From: a virus
Lineage: Duplodnaviria > Caudoviricetes
Direction: 5' to 3' (one strand)
IMG/VR virus record: IMGVR_UViG_3300044213_000090
Coordinates: 519 to 64,518 of that record
Length of the DNA: 64,000 nucleotides
Shown here: positions 1-11,200 of the stretch, piece after piece
How the letters are laid out: each line of letters starts with the position of its first letter
How positions within the stretch are numbered: position 1 is the first letter of the stretch
Translations under genes and position numbers: made by a program
The notes under the pieces: model-generated
Seen by the model: only the letters and a program-made list of their open reading frames with translations
The model's database searches: none
Told to the model about the DNA's origin: nothing

Positions 1-387
1 ATCAAAGTTGGATTGGTTGTTCTGGCTGCTTGCATTTGTTTTTATGGTGGCTTTCATATCGGTAACAATAGATATTTGGAATACAAGGCGCGTGTTGAAT
101 CCGCCGCCAAAGAACAAGAAGAAAAAAACAAATCAGTAGAAGCACAACAAGCGCTAATAACTAAAGGAATCATAAATGAATATGAAGCTAAACTCGCTGC
201 TGTTCGCAACTTTTATTCTATCGGGGTGCGCAACACCGGTGGCCGTACAATGTCCGGCATATCCCCAACCCCCAAAGGAACTGATGCAGAAACCGCCTAC
301 CCAATACTTGCTGAACAATGCGCTAGGACAACCGCACAACTAACATCACTTCAGGATTGGGTAAACGAGCAGGTCGGAATTAAATGA
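1..387 (+). CDS. Rz-like spanin / lysis accessory protein (5' partial)
   Basis: Frame open from base 1; N-terminal hydrophobic segment then coiled coil; overlaps endolysin start. Confidence 0.6.
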   Translation: MKVGLVVLAACICFYGGFHIGNNRYLEYKARVESAAKEQEEKNKSVEAQQALITKGIINEYEAKLAAVRNFYSIGVRNTGGRTMSGISPTPKGTDAETAYPILAEQCARTTAQLTSLQDWVNEQVGIK

Positions 388-974
388 ACGGGCAAGAAAA
401 GTTACAAGCTCTTGGTATAGACCCTAAATGGGTGACGCCCCTTGATATGACGTTTGCTAAATATGACATCAGTACACCCCTCCGTCAAGCAGCGTTTATA
501 GGGCAATGTCAGCATGAATCTAATAATTTTACTAGGCTTGAGGAAAACCTTAACTACAGCCCAGAACGACTAATGCAGGTGTGGCCTTCTAGATTCCCGA
601 ATTTAGAACAAGCAATCAAATACGCACATCAACCGCAACTGTTGGCAAACAAAGTCTATGCTGGGCGCCTTGGAAACAATCAAGAAAATGACGGTTTTGC
701 ATACAAAGGTAGGGGTTTACTTGGTTTGACAGGTAGGGACGCTTATGAGCGATGTGGAAAAGCAATTGGCGTTGACCTTATTGGGCAACCTAGTCTTTTG
801 GCGCAGCCTGATTATGCTGCTCTGTCTGCGGGGTGGTTCTGGAACAAAGCGGGACTAAATGCCTTGGCGGATAGCAAGGATTACGATACAATGACTAAGC
901 GTATAAATGGCGGTTTAAATGGATTAGATAGCCGCAAAGCTCATATTGCCAAAGCACTGTCCGTATTAGGGTAA
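384..974 (+). CDS. endolysin, glycoside hydrolase family 19
   Basis: Motifs AAFIGQCQHES, ENLNY, YKGRG, SAGWFW and TKRINGGLNG typical of phage GH19 lysins. Confidence 0.9.
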   Translation: MNGQEKLQALGIDPKWVTPLDMTFAKYDISTPLRQAAFIGQCQHESNNFTRLEENLNYSPERLMQVWPSRFPNLEQAIKYAHQPQLLANKVYAGRLGNNQENDGFAYKGRGLLGLTGRDAYERCGKAIGVDLIGQPSLLAQPDYAALSAGWFWNKAGLNALADSKDYDTMTKRINGGLNGLDSRKAHIAKALSVLG

Positions 975-977
975 ACC

Positions 978-3104
978 ATGCCATTACAGAAACTACAATT
1001 TAGACCCGGACTAAACCGAGAAGGTACTGACTACTCAAACGAGGGTGGCTGGTATGACGGCGATAAAGTGCGCTTTCGTTCAGGGTTTCCAGAAAAAATT
1101 GGTGGCTGGACGCAAGTTTCTTCACAGCAATATAACGGCGTGTGTCGTTCAATATGGGTTTGGTTAGACGCAGACGCCGGTGCTGGCAACACCTATATTG
1201 GTGTAGGCACAAACACAAAATACTATATTTACTCGGCTGGTGCATATAACGACATAACGCCAATCGTAAAAACAGACACACTATCAAACCCATTTGCAAC
1301 AACACTTGGCTCTACCTCAGTTACCGTAACAGATGCTACTTATAACCCGACTGTAAGTGATTTTGTTACTTTTTCTGGCGCATCCGCTGTTGGTGGCATT
1401 ACGATTAACGGTGATTATCAGGTTAAAACAGTTTTATCTTCAACAACATACACAATCACTGCGGCTACGGCGGCAACTTCAACAGCTACAGGCGGCGGTA
1501 CGGTTACGGCTGCTTATGAATACCCATCAGGATTAAACGTATATTCGATTGGTACCGGCTGGGGTGCGGGTCCTTGGAACGCTGGCTCTAGTTCAGATCC
1601 TTGGGCGCACGGCTGGGGAACTGCTTATTCTTCTGGTATTGGTGAACAGTTACGTCTTTGGTCAAACGATAACTTTGGTGCGGACCTTGTTATTGCTCCT
1701 CGCGGCGGCCCTATTTTTTACTGGCAGGACTCTAGTGGCGTATCAACACGCGCCCAGTATTTAAGTTCTTTAGCTAACTCGGCAACGCTTCTTACAGACG
1801 CAACAACTTTCAGTTCGGGTTCTACAACAATTAATTTAACTACGGCAAATGCTCCGTATGTTTACCCATACTCTTATATTACGGGCACAGGGATTCCAGC
1901 GGGTACATATGTAACAGCAATAAACAATGTTACAGGCGTGGCAACCATTTCAAATACAACAACTGCTAATAGCTCCGGTAACTATAGTTTTTCTTATTCT
2001 GGCGCATTTGTGCCCAATCAGACCTATCAAGTTAATACTTCCGCTATTCAAGAATTTGTGGTTGCGTTTGGAGCCAACCCGTACACACCCGGAGTACCTA
2101 ATAGTACATTTAACCCTCTTCTAGTACGTTGGTCTGATCAAGCAAATGCGTATCAATGGATTCCAGAAGTAACAAATCAATCAGGTGAATTTACGCTTAC
2201 TAATGGCTCTTATATTATGGGCGCTCGTGCAACACGCCAAGAGATTTTAGTATGGACTGATTCTGCTCTATATTCTATGCAGTATATTGGCGCTCCGTAT
2301 GTTTGGGGCTTCCAGATTTTGATGGACAACATTTCTGTGATGTCGCCAAATGCAATGGTTACAGTAAATAACGTAACGTACTGGATGGGTCGAGATCGTT
2401 TCTATATGTACTCAGGCCGTGTAGAAGTTTTACCTTGTGCCTTACGCCAATACATTTTTGATGACATTAATGAGAACCAAGCGTATCAGGTATTTGCTGG
2501 CGCTAACGAAGCGTTTAACGAGGTCTGGTGGTTCTATGTAAGTGACTCAAGCGCGGGTTCTACTGTTGATAAGTATGTAATTTATAACTATTTGGATAGG
2601 GTTTGGTACTACGGTACTTTAGGACGTTCTGCTTGGTTCCAATCTGGCACACAACCTTACCCTATTGCCGCTGACTATAATGGACGACTCTTATATCATG
2701 AAAACGGCTGCGATGACAATTCAACTTCTGCAACAGCGCCTATATATGCGTATGTGCAGTCTTCAGATTTTGATATCGGGGATGGACACAACTTTGGCTT
2801 TGTGTGGCGCATATTGCCTGACGTAAACTTTAACGGGTCTACAACGAATCAGCCATCAGTGGTTATGACGGTTAAGCCTAGAGAAAACTCTGGTACTGCT
2901 TATGGCACTGCAGACTCCCCACAGATTCAATCGGCACAAAACTATACTAGTGTTCCGGAATACACAATTCAGCAATTTACGGGGCAGGTCTATACAAGGC
3001 TTAGAGGTCGTCAAATGGCGTTTAGGATTGAATCTAGTGGTATTGGTGTGGCTTGGCAGTTAGGCAGCCCTCGTATTGATATTAGACCAGATGGGCGTAG
3101 ATAA
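978..3104 (+). CDS. tail hub / DNA stabilisation protein (P22 gp10-like)
   Basis: 708 aa; N-terminus ..EGGWYDGDKVRFRSGFPEKIGGW, VRWSDQ, C-terminal PDGRR; beta-rich; precedes ejection genes. Confidence 0.65.
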   Translation: MPLQKLQFRPGLNREGTDYSNEGGWYDGDKVRFRSGFPEKIGGWTQVSSQQYNGVCRSIWVWLDADAGAGNTYIGVGTNTKYYIYSAGAYNDITPIVKTDTLSNPFATTLGSTSVTVTDATYNPTVSDFVTFSGASAVGGITINGDYQVKTVLSSTTYTITAATAATSTATGGGTVTAAYEYPSGLNVYSIGTGWGAGPWNAGSSSDPWAHGWGTAYSSGIGEQLRLWSNDNFGADLVIAPRGGPIFYWQDSSGVSTRAQYLSSLANSATLLTDATTFSSGSTTINLTTANAPYVYPYSYITGTGIPAGTYVTAINNVTGVATISNTTTANSSGNYSFSYSGAFVPNQTYQVNTSAIQEFVVAFGANPYTPGVPNSTFNPLLVRWSDQANAYQWIPEVTNQSGEFTLTNGSYIMGARATRQEILVWTDSALYSMQYIGAPYVWGFQILMDNISVMSPNAMVTVNNVTYWMGRDRFYMYSGRVEVLPCALRQYIFDDINENQAYQVFAGANEAFNEVWWFYVSDSSAGSTVDKYVIYNYLDRVWYYGTLGRSAWFQSGTQPYPIAADYNGRLLYHENGCDDNSTSATAPIYAYVQSSDFDIGDGHNFGFVWRILPDVNFNGSTTNQPSVVMTVKPRENSGTAYGTADSPQIQSAQNYTSVPEYTIQQFTGQVYTRLRGRQMAFRIESSGIGVAWQLGSPRIDIRPDGRR

Positions 3105-3406
3105 TGGCTGTAGCAAAACAATTTACCTATAACGGGCTACCGTTAGCGCCAACACCGCCTAACTTACCTATTGCGCCTACTGACTATCAACAGGCTTTTC
3201 AAGATCAGTTTTCAAACGCACTGCGTCTTTATTTTACGCAGCTGAACAACTTTTCACAGGCGATATTAACGCCTGATTCCGGTACAAAAACTCAACGCCC
3301 ACTTACTAATTTACAGGTCGGGCAACAGTTCTTTGACACTACTTTAGGCATTCCTATTTGGTGGAACGGAGCCCATTGGATAAACGCTTCCGGAACGACA
3401 GTTTAG
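3104..3406 (+). CDS. virion tail-associated protein
   Basis: Coupled TAATG start; C-terminal GQQFFDTTLGIPIWWNG motif seen in phage tail proteins. Confidence 0.5.
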   Translation: MAVAKQFTYNGLPLAPTPPNLPIAPTDYQQAFQDQFSNALRLYFTQLNNFSQAILTPDSGTKTQRPLTNLQVGQQFFDTTLGIPIWWNGAHWINASGTTV

Positions 3407-3439
3407 GTGCTAAAATCGAGAAAAAGTAAAGGATAGAAT

Positions 3440-4627
3440 ATGTCTGGTGGCGGTGGAGGAGGCGGAGGCCTTTTTAATAATCCCTTAGAACTGGCTCTTG
3501 TAGCCGGTACGGCTATTGCTGCTCCTTACGCAGCTCCAGCATTGTTTGGTGAAGGCGCCGCACTTGGCGGTCTTGGTATTGCTGGAGATAGTGCTTTAGC
3601 CTCGGGGTTAACTGGCGCTGGAATAGGCGCTTTAGGCGGGGCTGTGGCTGGCTATAATCCGGTACAAACAGGTTTAATGGGCGGTTTAGGTGGAGCTGCT
3701 GCAGGTGCTATGGGAGTTGGTGGTGCTGGTGCAGGCGCTACAGGAAATATGGCTAATGCGGGTTTAGAGTCTGGTATGGCTGGTACCGCTATGTCTAATC
3801 CAGCCGCCACAGCTGCTACCACTTCTCTTATTCCCGGCATTTCAAACACAGCTTTGGGCGTAGGTGCTGGCGGTGTCGGCTTAGCTGCTTTGATGGCTAA
3901 CGAACAGAAAAAATATGGCGTTCCTTCTCCTCAAAGTGTGACATATACAGGCGGTAATTTAGCTAAGTTTAAATACGACCCTAATCAATATACACCCGAT
4001 GTAGTAACTCCCCCTAACCCTGTATATCAAGCACAGTACGCTCAAGGTGGTCTGACAGCTGGAGGTCCAGCTAACGTCGATTTTATGGGCGGTGACATGT
4101 ATCCACAAAGCCAACAGCAGCGTTCATACTATGCCACCCCAACCCAAGCGCCTACAAGTGCCCAAGAAGTAGGTTCTCTATACGAGCCTAAGACCAATCC
4201 GCTAACCGGCGAAGAAGTAGCTCAAATGGCTGATGGCGGTAGCGTTTCTTATGACCCTAATGCAGAGCTTCAGCAACAGGCTATGCTGGCAAGACTATCT
4301 GGTTTGCCTTCGTTAACTCCAACAGCTAGCGCTGCTGGTGGCAAGATTGAGTCTTTGGGTTCTTATTCTGATGGGGGTCAAATGCTAAAAGGACCCGGTG
4401 ACGGCATGAGCGATAGTATTCCAGCTAAGATTGGCGCTAATCAACCGGCTCGTCTTGCAGATAATGAGTTTGTTGTTCCGGCTGATGTTGTCAGCCATTT
4501 AGGTAATGGTTCTAGCGATGCTGGTGCTAAAAAGCTTTACTCCATGATGGACAAAGTACGTAAAGCACGTACCGGTAAAAAAGCACAAGCCCCAAAAATT
4601 AACGCAGACAAATACATGCCAGCATGA
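3440..4627 (+). CDS. DNA ejection protein (Gly/Ala-rich)
   Basis: Hydrophobic Gly-rich N-half; C-terminal GPGDGMSDSIPA..RLADNEFVVPADVVS domain; SD AAAGGA. Confidence 0.6.
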   Translation: MSGGGGGGGGLFNNPLELALVAGTAIAAPYAAPALFGEGAALGGLGIAGDSALASGLTGAGIGALGGAVAGYNPVQTGLMGGLGGAAAGAMGVGGAGAGATGNMANAGLESGMAGTAMSNPAATAATTSLIPGISNTALGVGAGGVGLAALMANEQKKYGVPSPQSVTYTGGNLAKFKYDPNQYTPDVVTPPNPVYQAQYAQGGLTAGGPANVDFMGGDMYPQSQQQRSYYATPTQAPTSAQEVGSLYEPKTNPLTGEEVAQMADGGSVSYDPNAELQQQAMLARLSGLPSLTPTASAAGGKIESLGSYSDGGQMLKGPGDGMSDSIPAKIGANQPARLADNEFVVPADVVSHLGNGSSDAGAKKLYSMMDKVRKARTGKKAQAPKINADKYMPA

Positions 4628-5037
4628 CACTTGAGGTAAAACATGTTCCTGTACAGTACGTTCATCAAGCTTGGCCAATGGTTGAGCGATTCATTGCAGA
4701 TGCTGTGGAATTCGGTGGAGACGATTATACGTTGGACCAAGTACGCGTTTACGTCTCTTCGGGGCAATGGCTGTTGGTGGTAGCAGTAGATTTAGAAGGT
4801 GTAATAAAAGGTGCAGCGACAGTTAATTTTATTAACTATCCAAACGACAGAATAGCTTTCATTACATTTATAGGCGGTAGGTTAATCTCTAATAAAGAGA
4901 CTTTTAAACAATTAAGTGATTTACTAAAGGCTAACGGAGCTACTAAAATACAGGGTGCAGCTAGAGAATCAATCGCCCGTTTATGGAGCCGTTATGGGTT
5001 TGAAGAGCGTTACAGAATTGTAGAGACAAAGATATGA
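4624..5037 (+). CDS. virion assembly protein, acetyltransferase-like (P22 gp14-like position)
   Basis: 137 aa between ejection genes; GATKIQG..R..RYGF resembles a GNAT C-terminus. Confidence 0.45.
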   Translation: MTLEVKHVPVQYVHQAWPMVERFIADAVEFGGDDYTLDQVRVYVSSGQWLLVVAVDLEGVIKGAATVNFINYPNDRIAFITFIGGRLISNKETFKQLSDLLKANGATKIQGAARESIARLWSRYGFEERYRIVETKI

Positions 5038-6404
5038 AAACAAATTACTCAAGACGTGAGCTATACGCTTTAGGCGAACCCTTAGGCAATTCTGCTACGT
5101 ATAAAAAAGCCACAGGCGGCTATGTTCTTGGTGGTGGCGGTGGTGGTTCTCCTCCCCCTCCTCCTGCTTCTCCAACGACTACTACCGTTCAAAACACAAG
5201 TATTCCAGAATATGCTCAGCCATACGTTGAGACAATGCTTGGCGCTACTCAACAACAATTATTTAATACCTCTACAAACCCAGACGGCTCTGTACAAATA
5301 ACTGGTGTTAAACCTTACGTTCCATATAGCCAAAATCCTTCAGACTACATAGCTGGCTTTAGTCCAATGCAACAGCAGGCGTTCAATACTACTGCAAATA
5401 TGCAAGTACCCGGACAATACGGCGCAGCTACCGGTATGGCTATGGGCGCTGGTATGCAGTCTATGGGTTTAGCTGGACAAGAAGCGCAAGCGGGCAACCG
5501 TTACAATCAAATGGCAACTAACCCCGGCGCTGTTGGCGCTTTCATGAACCCATATGTGCAGCAATCGTTAGCCCCTCAACTACAGCAGCTAGCACAACAA
5601 ACAGGTATTAATACTGCAGCTGAACAAGGTGCTGCTACTTCTGCTGGTGCTTTTGGTGGCTCACGTGAAGCCTTAATGAATTCATTGCAGCAACAACAAG
5701 GTAACTTAGCCGCGCAACAAGCAATCGGTCAAGGATATAACACCGCATATAACAACGCTATGCAAAACATGCAGTATGGTGCTGGCTTAGGTTTACAAGG
5801 TCAACAAGCTGCTATGCAAGGTATTGGGCAAGGTTTAAGTGCCGCTAATCAATTAGCGGGTATTGGTGGTCAACAATTAGCGGCTCAACAAGGCATTGCT
5901 GCGGCACAAATGCAAGCGGGCACTGCACAACAACAGCAACAACAAAACATTATTAATCAAGCAGTTCAAAACTACGCTACTGCGCAACAATACCCAGAAC
6001 AACAGTTGTCGTTTATGAACGCTATGCTACGTGGTCTGCCAACACAACAGATGACAACGCAAGGCTACCAAGCAGCTCCAAGTTCTTTAAGTCAGCTAAC
6101 CGGTTTAGGCTTGGCGGGTCTTGGCGCATATAATGTGTTCGGTGGTGCAGGCGGGTCAAGCGGCACTTCGGGTTCAGATATTAACTTAAAAGAAAACATA
6201 GCTAAGTTGTGGCAAGCAGCTAACGGCTTAAATGTTTATGAGTTTGAATATAAGCCTGAGTTTAAAGATCATCCGCTTTGTGGTCACGGTAGATTCCTTG
6301 GCTATATGGCGCATGAAGTTGAGAAGGTTATGCCTGATGCAGTGGTCATTATGGACAACGGCTTTAAAGCTGTTAACTACGATATGATTGGGAGGGCTGC
6401 ATAA
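5034..6404 (+). CDS. DNA ejection protein with C-terminal peptidase S74-like autocleaving chaperone domain
   Basis: Gln/Gly/Ala-rich body with GAFGGSR; C-terminus SDINLKENI...GYMAHEVEKVMPDAV..AVNY. Confidence 0.7.
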   Translation: MKTNYSRRELYALGEPLGNSATYKKATGGYVLGGGGGGSPPPPPASPTTTTVQNTSIPEYAQPYVETMLGATQQQLFNTSTNPDGSVQITGVKPYVPYSQNPSDYIAGFSPMQQQAFNTTANMQVPGQYGAATGMAMGAGMQSMGLAGQEAQAGNRYNQMATNPGAVGAFMNPYVQQSLAPQLQQLAQQTGINTAAEQGAATSAGAFGGSREALMNSLQQQQGNLAAQQAIGQGYNTAYNNAMQNMQYGAGLGLQGQQAAMQGIGQGLSAANQLAGIGGQQLAAQQGIAAAQMQAGTAQQQQQQNIINQAVQNYATAQQYPEQQLSFMNAMLRGLPTQQMTTQGYQAAPSSLSQLTGLGLAGLGAYNVFGGAGGSSGTSGSDINLKENIAKLWQAANGLNVYEFEYKPEFKDHPLCGHGRFLGYMAHEVEKVMPDAVVIMDNGFKAVNYDMIGRAA

Positions 6405-8239
6405 TGCTCGGCATGGAACAAATGTATCAAATGGCGCTTGATCCGCGCATCTTCCCTGATTCTCGTCTATTGGCTGTTTTACAAGGTAAAGATAATTCAC
6501 TGCCTATGGCTGTCGCCATGTCTGCTAAACAGCAACGGGATAAACTAGAAGCAGCTAGTAAAGCACAACAAGCTCAAATGGGGGCTAAACAACCTACCGT
6601 TCGTGATCAGATGTTGGCTAAAGATTTACCACGTGAAATGCCTCAAGGTGGCATTGATCAACTTCCTGCGCCGAATATGGAGTCTATGGGTGAACCTGCT
6701 ATGGGCGCTGCTGGTGGTTTGGTGTCTTTTGCTACCGGTGGCTTTACTGACCCTGACGATGAAGATGAGGATACTGAACAAGATGAGCTTGATGCACTAA
6801 TTGCACGTCAAGGTGATTTGGGTGGACTAGGCGCTGGCATTATGTCAGTAGCAAACCCACAAGCAACCCCATATAGTTCTTTTACCGGTATTTCTCCAGA
6901 AAGCGGACCTACAGGTAAGTTTAGGGATATGGCAGCCGAAGCTGCTAAAAAACATGGCGCATCTTGGGATTTAGTGCAACACGTTATGCACAAAGAAACC
7001 GGCGGTATGAAAGACCCCGCTAATGCCGTATCTAAAGCTGGCGCTGTTGGGGTAATGCAGTTAATGCCTAAGACAGCAAAAGAACTTGGTGTTAAAGACT
7101 CAACTAATCCAGCAGAGAACATTGATGCAGGTGTGCGTTACATTGCACAGCTGGAAAGCAAATATAAAGACCCTAAGTTAGCTGCTATGGCGTACAACTG
7201 GGGTCCGGGCAACGTAGATAAGTGGCTCAAACACGGCTCAAAAGAAAACGCTGTGCCTAAAGAAACGCGCATGTATGTTGCTGGCTTGGCTCAAGGCGGT
7301 ATTGTCGCTTTTAAAAATAAAGGTACAGTAACCGACAACGATATCGCCAACACGGAAGACATGGAAGACTTAGAGTATGGTAACGCAATGCGCCCTCAAG
7401 CAGACGATGCTGCTACAGAGTTAGGTTTACCTAGTTTAAATGCCCCGTCTTTATTTAAACGTAACAAAATTATCAACCCTCTTAAACCCGGAGTAAACCC
7501 ACTTCAGTCCGCGCTTGGCATCCCACAATTAGGTGCGCAATTACCACCACCAGCAGCAGCGCCTGCACAACCTCCAGCAGCAGCACCAGCTGCAGCACCA
7601 TCACAAGCTCCGAGTTCACACGATCAAGCAAAAGCAGATCAAGGCGACACGGGACCAACTAGAGATCAGCTAACTTCTTCATTCCCATCATCAGACCGCT
7701 CACAAAGCATGTTAGATCAATATTTAGCAGGACTCGAGCAATCTAGAAAGCAGGCACCCGGTTTAGCTATGATGGCAGCTGGTTTAGGTATTGCTGGTCA
7801 ACGATCTCCGTATGCGTTATCTAATATAGGTGCTGGTGGTTTACAGGGTCTACAATCTTACGAACAGGCTCAGAAACAAGATCAAGCGGGCCAAGCTGCT
7901 GCCCTATCTGCGCAAGCTGCTTTGGAGAAAAACAAGACACTGCAAGACTATTACAGCACCCTAAAACCAGCTGCTTTAACGCAGCAACAAAACACAGCGT
8001 TTAGTAAACAACTTGGGCAATTTAATAAAACTATTGACGACGAAATTAAAAATAGCTCCAAGTATAAATATAATGATGCCGCTGCTACCGCCTATAGACA
8101 ACAAAGATTAAGAGAGCTTATTAGCCAAGATCCTAACATGGCTAAATGGTATACTAACAGCGGTATGTCATTAGAAGCACCCGGTTTGCAATACGATAAA
8201 CCAGATGGAAATGTATTGGGCGTAGTAAAACCAAAATAG
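6404..8239 (+). CDS. DNA ejection protein with lytic transglycosylase (SLT) domain
   Basis: ETGG..AVSKAGAVGVMQLMP, ENIDAGVRY, AYNWGPG, PKETRMYV. Confidence 0.85.
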   Translation: MLGMEQMYQMALDPRIFPDSRLLAVLQGKDNSLPMAVAMSAKQQRDKLEAASKAQQAQMGAKQPTVRDQMLAKDLPREMPQGGIDQLPAPNMESMGEPAMGAAGGLVSFATGGFTDPDDEDEDTEQDELDALIARQGDLGGLGAGIMSVANPQATPYSSFTGISPESGPTGKFRDMAAEAAKKHGASWDLVQHVMHKETGGMKDPANAVSKAGAVGVMQLMPKTAKELGVKDSTNPAENIDAGVRYIAQLESKYKDPKLAAMAYNWGPGNVDKWLKHGSKENAVPKETRMYVAGLAQGGIVAFKNKGTVTDNDIANTEDMEDLEYGNAMRPQADDAATELGLPSLNAPSLFKRNKIINPLKPGVNPLQSALGIPQLGAQLPPPAAAPAQPPAAAPAAAPSQAPSSHDQAKADQGDTGPTRDQLTSSFPSSDRSQSMLDQYLAGLEQSRKQAPGLAMMAAGLGIAGQRSPYALSNIGAGGLQGLQSYEQAQKQDQAGQAAALSAQAALEKNKTLQDYYSTLKPAALTQQQNTAFSKQLGQFNKTIDDEIKNSSKYKYNDAAATAYRQQRLRELISQDPNMAKWYTNSGMSLEAPGLQYDKPDGNVLGVVKPK

Positions 8240-8268
8240 CAGCACCTGCAAACAGCTAGGAAAAATTT

Positions 8269-11200
8269 ATGCCGTATTTGAAATTGCCCACAGGGGCATT
8301 TGTTGAAGTTCCAAGTGGACTAACTGACGCCGAAGCTCTAAGCCTTGCTAAAGAACAATTCCCTGAAGGTTTTGAAGATTACGCAGCGCATAAAGAAAAG
8401 ACTGGTGGTTTCTCAGCTCTCAAGGCGGGATTAAAAGGAGGCGCTGGTTCCGCACTTGAAGGTCTTGGCAATTTAGTTGGTAGCGACGAGTTTGCCAAAT
8501 ACGGCAAAGATATTAAAGACGAAGCCGCACAGCAATACCAAGCAACAACACCGCAAGATATTGATGTTGCAAAACGTCAAGGCATTACATCTTTACTTAG
8601 TACGGGAATTAATAGATACATCACTGAACCCGTAGGCTCAGCTGTCGGTAGTGTAGTGGGGCGTTATGGTGCTCCTATTGCCGCTGGCGCGGCTGCTGGC
8701 GTTGCTGCTCCCGAAGCTGCTTTAGCGGCTCCTATTGCTTTTGCTGCAACTAACTTTCCTATTCACTTCGGTGAAGACATTACAGCCCAAAAAGCTGCTG
8801 GACAAGAACCTGATTATGGACGCGCATTAATTTCGGCTGTTGCGCAAACAGCAGTTGATTCTCTAGGCGGTGAGATTGTAGGCGGGGCTATGAAAGGCTT
8901 TGCTTTAAAAACCGCTACACAAGAAGCCCAGTTACTTGCCCCTAAAGTATTAAGTGGTGAACTAGCTGCTAAAGATGCTGCAGCGCAGATTAGTGGGAAG
9001 TTAGCTAGCGTAGTAAAAGGCACAGTAGAAGCCGCTGGTGCGGGTACATTGATGTCCACAGTCGGCACAGCCGGTCAAAGATTTGCCGCTGGTCAAGATA
9101 TTTTTAGTCCCGAAGCGTTAGATCAATATACTCAAGCTGCTAAAGAGCTGGGCTTGGTTGCTCCGTTCTTTGGTTTACTTCATGCTGGACAGCCTGCACG
9201 TGCTAAAGCATTAATTGATAATGCCGCAAAAACAGGTGAAGCACAAAGATTAGATATTGCAAAAGAGCAACAAGCAGGTAACGCACAAATTATGGCTGAG
9301 CATTATGCCAGTCCAGAAGGCCAGCTAGAATTAAAGCAAGCTCGTGAACCTATCGTTCAGGAGATGAACGACCTTAAAGAAGTATTAAAAGGTAAAGGCT
9401 TAGCTAAAAAAGAAAAGCAGGCTGGTAAAGATAGGCTTAACGAATTACAAAAGCAACTTGAAGAAATTAACAATCGAGTTGGCGTTCCTAAAGCCGAGTT
9501 GCCTGAAGGCGAAGTACCACAAACTATTCAAGGCCGCCTAGAAGCACTACGTCAAAAGCGTGCAGAAGATGCAGCCGCACAAGAAGAAGTGTTAAGAAAA
9601 GCTCGTGCTGGTTTAGAGCTTGGGGAAGAAGTAAAAGCGCAACCGATTAAAAGCGGTTTGCAAAAAACAGGTACGTACCTAAACGAAAAAGGCGAAGAAG
9701 TACCTCAATATTCTCAAACAGCCCCAAGCACATTAACTGTTAGCGAAAAAGAAGCGCAAGCTAGAGAACTCCAATCTCACCGTGAGATGTTGGCTAATTC
9801 CATACCGCGTATGGAGGACATGGTTGACAATATTCAGAAGCAGTTAGACGGCGCTATTGCTAAAGGCGATACCGAAACCTACCGCAAACTAGTGGGCGAC
9901 AGAGCTAAGATTGTAGATGCGCTAGATGCCGCTAAGAAACAACAAGAAGCGCTGCCTAAACTGCCTGAAGAAGAGCGTGCTGCGTTAGAGAAAGAAGTTA
10001 AGACATTAACTAAAGAAGCTTCTAAATATACCGGCCCAGCTTTTGACCAAGAAAAAGTAGATAAGATTGTTACTAAGTTAGAAGCCGCTAAGAAACGTCT
10101 TGGTGAATTACCTGAACCAGAGCAAGAGAATTTATTTGCGCCTAAACAGCAAGGCTTGGCATTTGAGCCAACTAAAGAAGAGAAAGCACACGCAGAACGT
10201 CAAAAAGATTTGGAAGAAGCGTTTAGCAAAACCGATGAGCATTTGCTTGATAAAATCTTTGATGCAATCGGAGCTAGCGGCGAAGATAGGGGTTTACCGG
10301 AGACACCCACAGAACAGGCGCTTAGTCCACGTAATCGTATCGCACACGCACAGGAAAAACAGCGCCTTGCGCATGACAACTTAGCGGATGCTGTTGAAGA
10401 TATTAGGGCAAACCCTGAAAGTGCTATGCGGCACACACTTGTGCCATCTGCCAAAGCTAGATACATTAAATCTGCGATTGCTGAAGTAGGGGCCATTCGT
10501 GAAGAGAACAAACAAAAGCCGCTAACTAATGATGAGAAGTTAAAGCTTGCCTACGATGTACAAGACACGCTTAATAAAGTAGTTGAAAATAAGAATGCGT
10601 CTGTATTAAACCGCATTAGCGGTACAGAGCCTACCCAGCTTGAAAAACAATTGGGACAAATTAAAGCTAAGTATCAGCAAGGTGAAAGCAGATTCCGTCC
10701 TGTTGAAGACTTTTATTTACGCCAAGAGCGTGACGCTACGTTGGCTCTTAAAGAAGAGATGGCTAAGAAAAAGCCAAACCTTGAAAGAGTTAAAGCATTG
10801 CGTCGTGAAGTTGAAGCGGGTCGCAAAGAAAACGCTAGACTTGAAGCTGAACGTGCTAAGCAAGAAGCTGTTGATATGGAGCGTTATGCTCCGTCTGGCG
10901 TAAACCCAGACCAATATAGTTTGTTTGGCGCTAAAGAATTAGAGCCTATTGCTACAGTGCGTGCTACCCCAGCCAACTTTATGAAGTTTGTTGGCATCCA
11001 AAGAACTAAGTTACAACACGCTATTAAACAAGCTAAAGCTGCAATCGAAGCAGCTAAAGCAAAAGGCACATCCGCCGCCGAAGATAGAGCACGTGTAGAA
11101 GCTATTGCAGCTAAAAAAGGCCCGTTGATTGAGCGCCTTACTGACCGCTTAGAAGAATCGTTTGCTGCCAATAAAGAAAATGCTATGGATCGCAGCGCTA